64,000 nt of DNA, from contig AP026173.1 of assembly GCA_030295235.1 (NCBI GenBank), positions 62,001 to 126,000 on the forward strand. Direction: 5' to 3'. This DNA is from Fistulifera solaris (taxonomy: Eukaryota). The first letter of the stretch is position 1. Every line of letters starts with the position of its first letter. The translations under genes and the position numbers were made by a program. The notes beneath the pieces were generated by a model. That model made no database searches, was not told where the DNA came from, and saw only the letters and a list, made by a program, of their open reading frames with translations. Shown here in pieces: positions 57,366-64,000 of the stretch.

Positions 57366-59083
57366 CTATTGTATCGGTATTGTGAAAATATCCGTATGCA
57401 CTATTGAATCCAGAGAAGGAAAGAACTGTCTCCCTCTCTGCCCTAATTGTGCTTGCAGCACAGGGAAATTCACCCACGATGCTGGTGTGTGCCCTTGTAT
57501 TTGAACTGGTTGGGCAGTCACAAAATCGATTTGGCCACCCGTGGTGTCGGCTTCTTGGCAACCGACCGTCGCAATCGATTGACCCATCGATCGAGCCATG
57601 GCTACCGCAGCCGCCACTACGGTGCAGCAGTTGTTGGTACTATAAACAGCATTAACTTCCTCTTCCACCAATATGTTGAAAAGCTCTTCGACGGGAGAAT
57701 CTTCGGCACAAGATACTCCGATGATGGGCCGAATGGAATCTTCGCCCAGCTCGGAGTAGTAGGCAACGCAACGCTCTCCAATAAACTCCAAATCCGTGCG
57801 GCCATTGAAGCATAGAGGCTTGGCTTCCTTGCCATCCAGCGCGTCCTTTGTAAACTTGGCAGCCATAACTCCAAAGTCGGCGTCGTTGGTCACGCCCACG
57901 TAGGGAATCAGTAGTTCACCAGATACGAGTGCCTCCGCCACAATATTGTTGTAGCCAGCATTAAATACACCGATGGATGGCAAAGCTGGATCCTTCGTTA
58001 TAAAGCGAATTTCGTTGATCAGCTGCTGCTCGCTGGTCGGATCGCTCACCATCATAGCGACAACATTTTGAAAACTACTCGCCAATACGGTGACGTCGGT
58101 AAGGATGTCCGACGGTGAACGGGCACTCGGTTCGTATCCTGTCATGACAAAGCACGCGTCACTTTGTTCGCTGGTTGTTGCAATCTGCTTGTAAATTGCA
58201 TCCCAGAAAGGTTCTAAACCGCTGCTGGTATCATTGCTTGGAAGAGCATGAGTCACATAGATTCCAAGAGGCCCCTCATAATTGCAACACGAAGGTGGAT
58301 TCACAGTGATAACTTCAGGGACAATGTCGAGTATCGCGGTTGCTACGGCACTTCGACAGCCAGGCTCAGGAATGACTTCATCATCGTTTACGATATCATC
58401 ATCCTCCAAAATATCGTCATCGTCCCGGTTGCCTCCGCCTCCTCCGCCACCGTCATTTCCCTTGCCTTTTCCTTTGCCCTTTCCGTCACTCGAACTGCTG
58501 CTTTTGCTTCTCTTAGAAAGTTTCTCCATCTGCTTCTTGCTTTGCTTTGTTCGATGTTTCTTTCTCGCAGAATGATTGTTTTTGGAGGATGACTTTTTCT
58601 TATCTTTGGAACCATCTCCGCTATTTTCTCGCTTTGCTGAGTTGTTACTTTGGGGTCGCTTGCTCCCTTTTGGTTCGACAGGGGTGCTTGGACTACCAGA
58701 ATCTTTGTTGGATTTGTTAGCAGGAGTACCCGGGCTACCTGAGTCATTGTTAGGCTTACTAGCAGGAGCACTTCCAGACTTATCAGCAGGAGAGCTCGGC
58801 CGCCCGTTACTTTTGCTCTGTTCCTTTACCGAGATTTTTTTGCTAGTGTCTGATCCTTTTGACGTTTGCTATCTATCTCCCTCTCTCTCTTCTTGTCTCT
58901 TTCACCTCTGTCAGTATCTCTGTCTACTTTCTCGCTGTCTCTCTTCCCCGAGAATCCACGAAATCTCCACCTAAGTTCTCTTTGATGATCTAATTCCCTA
59001 TATCCCCGCTGCGCGTCTACGCTATTCTCGACTGCCACCACGGCCACTAAGAGGACAATAAACAGCTTCCTCATGTCTTTCAT
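57366..59083 (-). CDS. Secreted protein: signal peptide, RXL motifs, Lys/Ser-rich leader and periplasmic-binding-protein type I (sugar-binding) domain; frameshift near 58867
   Basis: MKDMRKLFIVLLVAVVAVENSVDA, REL twice, then a frame open from ~58868 to 57366. YVTHA...PFWD, VFNAG, YVG..D...G..AA, LCFN......ERC and QP..IQG resemble bacterial sugar ABC substrate-binding proteins. Confidence 0.75.
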
Positions 59084-59500
59084 GACCTTTCTCTCTGAGG
59101 TGCAAATTGCTGTGTTGTTTTGGTTTGTTTGACGGCAACTGAGAGGCACGATGGTCTTCGCGACTTGGCAATTCATCAAATGAAATTGTGGCGAGGTGCG
59201 CCGGAAAAATTTGCGTTTGTCGGGAAAGTTCAAAAACTCGTGCATTTAGTACAATAGTGATGTCGCAGACACAAAGTCACTATGGGCCCAATGTCCGTTG
59301 AAGAATTCAGAGCGCAAAAATTCTAGTACTAAACGAAATTGTGGAACAGATGGGCGATGGACGGAATACGGAATACCGAATACCTCTACGATGTTGAAAA
59401 TACAACTAGGTAAGCCATCGGCACTCAGCAGCATGATGGGGCAAAAGCTAACATCAAAACCACCTATAGAGTAATGATACATTGGAACAAGTAATTGCTT

Positions 59501-60754
59501 TTACAGCAAGGTAACAAGCACGTCTGTACGCACCACTGACTTTGGCGATGGAAAGAATGCTTCGATCATGTCGTAATCCTCACGAACGAGAGCTTGTAGC
59601 GGAAGATTTATTTGACTCATAACGTGAAATGCCTGTAATGCCAAAGAGGGTCCGATCATGAATGCAGCATCACCAATCCTCTCATCCATGCATCCGACTG
59701 TTACAGGCCATTCGGTCATTTGTCTTGCAGCTTTCACCGCCAGGGAACAGCACTCGCCGTGCGCGTACACTGCTGTGATCCGGTTGACTTCGTACAGCTC
59801 CGCTAGCCTCAACGAACTGGACTTGCTAGAGCATTCCAATCCAGTCGGCGGCCACAATGGAGCTTTTTTGCCGAACCCATCGTAATACATCTTACAACGC
59901 TCTCCAACAAATGGTAGATCCGTTCGTGCATTCAAACATAGTGCAACTACATCATTTTCCTCCATTCCTTGTTTGACAAGTTGCAGCGTCGTTTCGGCTG
60001 CCCGCGCGCCGTAAACATCCTCAGTGGTGCTGCCAATGTATGGCAAGGGGGACTGACCTGACACAAGTGCCTCCGCCAAAACCGTCTCGTAGCCTCGATT
60101 GAAAATAGCCACCAACGGACCAAATGTGAGATTATCAATCTTTCTTAAGGTTTCAATCAACGTCAGATCGTTTTTTCTGTCATTCGGATTTGTCGTAAAA
60201 AGAATAGGAACCTGATCATTGGTCGCAGCAACCGTATTTACATCGACTAGAATCGTTGTAACTGATCGTGAGGTCTGGTCCACATCAATCCCCGTCATGA
60301 TAAAGCACACATTCTTGGCGGCTGCCTTATGCAGCTGTCGATAAAATTCTTCCCAGTACGATTCCATCTTGCCATCCTCGTATAAGCCATGTGTCACAAT
60401 GACTGCTGTGGGTCCGAAATAGGAGCAGCAACGACGTGGAGTATATGTCACGACATCTGGCACACGTCGCTTAATTTGATCGGCAATCAGACTGCTGCAA
60501 CTGTTGGCTGGGTTGTCGTCTTCATTTTCTTCTTCGTCATCTCTATCTCTATCATTGTTGTTATTTTCTTGTCTGCCTTTGCCACTCTTTCTACTGCCAT
60601 CGTACGATTCACTGTGCGATCTGTCATACGAATACGCCTTGTATTTCTTTAAACTCCGATGCACCGTTGTATTCGATGGCACTTGACCATGTGATAGTGT
60701 TGCTGCAACAAGAAACAGAAGCAACAAGAGCTGTTGTGACGGCATTTTTCTCAT
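59501..60754 (-). CDS. Secreted PBP1-like protein, tandem paralog
   Basis: Signal LLLLLFLVAATLSHG, RSL, SGKG and an acidic stretch. IVTHG...YWE, CFIMTG, IFNRGY..V.AEALVSG..PLPYIG and LCLNARTDL.FVGERC..YY align with the neighbour. Confidence 0.8.
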   Translation of the reverse strand: MRKMPSQQLLLLLFLVAATLSHGQVPSNTTVHRSLKKYKAYSYDRSHSESYDGSRKSGKGRQENNNNDRDRDDEEENEDDNPANSCSSLIADQIKRRVPDVVTYTPRRCCSYFGPTAVIVTHGLYEDGKMESYWEEFYRQLHKAAAKNVCFIMTGIDVDQTSRSVTTILVDVNTVAATNDQVPILFTTNPNDRKNDLTLIETLRKIDNLTFGPLVAIFNRGYETVLAEALVSGQSPLPYIGSTTEDVYGARAAETTLQLVKQGMEENDVVALCLNARTDLPFVGERCKMYYDGFGKKAPLWPPTGLECSSKSSSLRLAELYEVNRITAVYAHGECCSLAVKAARQMTEWPVTVGCMDERIGDAAFMIGPSLALQAFHVMSQINLPLQALVREDYDMIEAFFPSPKSVVRTDVLVTLL

Positions 60755-61479
60755 GGTGAACTTTAAAATGGGGCCGAGAGCGAGGGACTTTATTTCGATT
60801 GCCATCATCTTTTTCGATTTTGTGAGAGGAAGGCCTCCGTCATGTTTTCGGTGAGAAGACTCAAAATTGTCGTCTCAAGCGGTATCCGTTGCTGATTGCT
60901 GGTGTACACTTTTAACTTTTGACGTTATATTTTATATTTTGTCGTTTTTCGTCGTTGTCGAAGTCAAACGGTTTCTCAACCCTGATGATTAACAACAGTG
61001 CGACGCTTTCTAAATTTATGTTTATGCGCTTCACAGTGACGGATAATTCACGACTAAAGATAAAGACTTAACATCCATCTGTCATCGTTCGTCGTGCTAT
61101 GCCATACGTCTAAATAGAAAACACCAAGTTCAAAATTCAACATTTACTTATCGATTAGCGTTCGCAGTTGACGTTTCGAAAGATGAAATGACGAAACAGA
61201 ACAAATTCCTTGACTTTTCGATGCTTCATCAATTATTCTGTCACTACATTTTGTATCACTGATTTCTGTTTTGTTTACTCAGATTTTCCGATATACAGTC
61301 AGTAGTCAGTAGGAGTTGGCGATTATAGCGAGTCAGTGTTTCTATCGTGTATACAAAAAGTGCTTGTTTCTTCCCACGACCCATCGTTGGCGATTTTGAT
61401 TTTGGGAACTTATCGAGAAATAAGACCTGCACTATCTCGGGCATTTTCCATTTTCTTTCCTTTCTTTTATTTTTTAAAA

Positions 61480-62955
61480 ATGAGCGTCAAGAAAGGGCTG
61501 GTACGTCTTGTCTTTTTTGTCATGGGGCGTTTCGTTTTGTCTCTCCGAAAGTGCGCTGTCTTCCGATCAAGCTCCACCGAGGATCTTGCGAAACCACAAC
61601 CGAGGAGACGAATCGACCGAAGATCCTTCGCATCGCGCCCACCGTTCGAAACCAAGAAATCATGAAGCGAAACCCAACACGCGATCGGGTCGCAACACGT
61701 CCCGTGGTCATTCCGCCACGAGACCTTCGACGCCAAGAACGAATTCACGTCGATCCGACCGACCAGCCGAGAATCGTCCCGTTAATGATGACGATGATGA
61801 TTCCAAGCCATCCAAAGCAGGTGGACATCATTCTGGATCTCGAAAGACCTCCAGACCAACGCCAAGTCCGGAAACAAATCCGCCGACCGCGTCCCCCGTT
61901 GAGGAAGGTGATTTGAACGTTCGATTCAACAAAATCACTTACCCCGACGGCGAACCGGCCGCATTGCAACTCCCTTTGACCATGGAAGACTATCCCATCA
62001 CTGCCGAAACGGGTGCCATACTGCGGACCCAATCGCTGGCGGACGCGGTTGTGCTTGAAGATGACTTTGACATGCGGGGCAAGGATCCCTCCCGCTACGT
62101 CAATGCGCTGGGTGGGCCGCCGACCTTTCCCAACGAAGATCCCAATCATCCCTTTTGGGATGATTTGGAAGAAGTGGTTGATTATCAAATCATTCGACGA
62201 GAAAACGGTACCACTCCGTTCACACTTCCCATGATCTGGGATGGCTACGATATTAACGATGTTGCCGATGCCGTTCACAACAAATATCCAGGAGGTCACC
62301 AAGCGACACTTTTGGGATGGCTGTACAAGGATGGTTTGGAAGTAGACTATGATGTGATGCCGTTCCGTTCCAACCGCGACATTGTCAGCTTGCAATTCCG
62401 TTTTGCCTACTTGAACACGTGGGCCATCGAATGCGTGGGAGCGGTCAATTTCTGCATCAAATGGGCTTACGGACGACCCCGTCCCGAAGAAGTGGCGTAC
62501 CAGATTGCCACGGGACAAATTACGCAAGGTGTCTCGGAGGAATTGCAAGGCAAGATTGCGTCGATGAATTTGGAAAACGCCACGAGTTTCACCGCGTACC
62601 CCGAAGGTTCGCCGTCGCATCCCGCCTGGCCGGCCATGCACTCGGCCGCCAGTGCGGCTTCTTTTGGATTTCGGTCGTTGCCAATTTAACGCCCGAACAG
62701 TACTGTGAAGCACTGCGGGTGGATTACGCGGTGGCGTATGCCCGAACGGTCGCCGGTGTCCATTACCCGACCGACAACATTATGGGCTTGAATTTAGGTC
62801 AAATGATCTTGGCCGATCGTATGCCCGATCACTTTGCCGAAAGTTTCGGTACGGATAGAGCCAAAATACAAGCGAAGATTGATCGCATGCGATTTGATTG
62901 GAATGATTTCAATGTCGATGATTGTTCGATTGCCGGAGTTCCCATTGTGGCGTAG
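61480..62955 (+). CDS. Secreted vanadium-dependent haloperoxidase-like / PAP2 superfamily protein; frameshifts near 61525 and 62665
   Basis: KWAYGRPRPEE (K...RP), GSPSHPAWPAMHS (HPxxPxxH) and ARTVAGVHYPTDN (RxxxxxHxxxD). Reconstructed signal MSVKKGLVRLVFFVMGVSFCLS followed by an RIL motif. Confidence 0.82.
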
Positions 62956-63073
62956 AACGATGGATGGAACCGTACCATCTTTTGAGACGTCGTAAGACGT
63001 TTTGAACAGGATATAATTCTTAAAAGGAGATTATATTATATAACTACTATTCAAGCGCTGCTTCTTGTCGCTT

Positions 63074-63711
63074 TTATTCCCTGGTAATCGAACTCTTTTG
63101 GTAGTCATCATTAAATTCATTGCGTTTTTTCATATGCTCGACCGTCAATTGACTGAATGCTTTGAATTGAGGATGATCGGCTGTTTGCATCAACATGAAG
63201 GCCGCCGATTGTGCCGTCGTGAGAAAGGCCCCGGCCTGTTGCATTCTTTGCAAAGCAATTTCTCGATCGTACGGTTGTTGCGACGAAATGCCATCGGCCA
63301 CCAAATGGACCTCTTTTGGAGGGCCAATAAGTCCAAACAAGTTTGTTGCACACAAACGTGGGCTTCGATTCCTACCAACACAAAGGTATCACGCTCCGGA
63401 TACTGTTGCAATTGCTGTAACAAAGGCGGTGTCAACATACTGAATTGTTTCTTTTCAAAGACGTGCGCTGTCGAAGGAATTGTGTTCTCTGCAAAGCATT
63501 CGGCAATGGTAGGACCAAAAGCTTTCTTGTATTGTTCCGTCACGACGACGGGAATGTCCAAGAGCGCCGCTAGACGTGTCATGTATTGTGTCGTTCGCAC
63601 GACCGTCTCGCAACGCCAAATCAAGGAACGAAAGCGTTCTTGGACATCGCACACCAACAATACGGTCTTGCCGGGATGCAGTTTGTTTCCAAGAATGCGC
63701 GGGGCGGACAT
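63074..63711 (-). CDS. Isochorismatase-domain protein (ISOC1/2-like); frameshift near 63315
   Basis: LLVCDVQERFR, VTEQY..AFGPT, FEKKQFSM, GIEAHVCVQQT.LDL, then VHLVADGISSQ..DR..AL.RM...GA.LTT..S..F.L in the shifted frame. Confidence 0.9.
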
Positions 63712-63789
63712 TTGTTGTTGTTGTGTAAGCAATGATGGAATAGAAGGAGAAGGAAGAATTAAAAAGGAATGAACGATCACGTTGAAAGG

Positions 63790-63985
63790 AAAACGCGGGT
63801 TTTGTTTTCACGTGTCCAGAAAAAAATGGGAGAGAGCTGTTTTCACTTGTCCAGAAAATGTGGGAGTGTGCTGTTTTTACGTGTCCAGAAAATGTGGGAG
63901 AGTGATGCTTTCACGTACCCAGAAAATGTGGGAGTGTGACGTTTACACGTACCCAGAAAATGTGGGGGAGTGTGTGTGTCAACCT
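63790..63985. repeat. ~35-bp satellite (TTTCACGTRYCCAGAAAATGTGGGAG), 5 copies
   Basis: Reverse complement of the CCCACATTTTCTGG units at 27595-27850. Confidence 0.9.
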
Positions 63986-64000
63986 GGCTCCAACGGGCGA

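Noticed and set aside
61745..62713. 322-aa antisense ORF
   Set aside because: Shadow of the haloperoxidase-like gene, with no recognisable motifs.

Overview
Eukaryotic nuclear DNA, most likely from a raphid pennate diatom (Fistulifera-like). The evidence is compact genes, two short GT-AG introns (77 and 79 bp), an ASAFAP-type plastid presequence, secreted proteins with RXL motifs and a pair of RNI/LRR-like genes; the taxon is an inference. About 30 protein-coding genes are present. Recognisable families are NTH1-like glycosylase, METTL21/EFM7-like and Methyltransf_32-like methyltransferases, a Cdc48/AFG2-like AAA ATPase, JmjC, tandem C2, DCP1, SMYD-like SET, bZIP, a divergent histone H3, a cupin-DUF952 fusion, BCD1/ZNHIT6, a vanadium-haloperoxidase/PAP2-like protein and an isochorismatase. 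Several paralog clusters have no name I recognise: six genes sharing a divergent C2-like N-terminal domain (38.7-56.2 kb), three secreted proteins sharing a 14-Cys domain interleaved with a JmjC gene (19-27 kb), and two secreted proteins joining a silaffin-like RXL/Lys-Ser leader to a bacterial-type sugar-binding (PBP1) domain next to the haloperoxidase-like gene (57-63 kb). Non-coding DNA holds a dispersed palindromic satellite family, a 909-bp TIR element with a 9-bp target duplication inserted into that satellite, a ~225-bp tandem array and a dispersed hairpin motif that recurs at ~220-bp spacing. Many genes are broken by single-base indels in homopolymers, most likely assembly errors. No rRNA, tRNA or CRISPR array was recognised.
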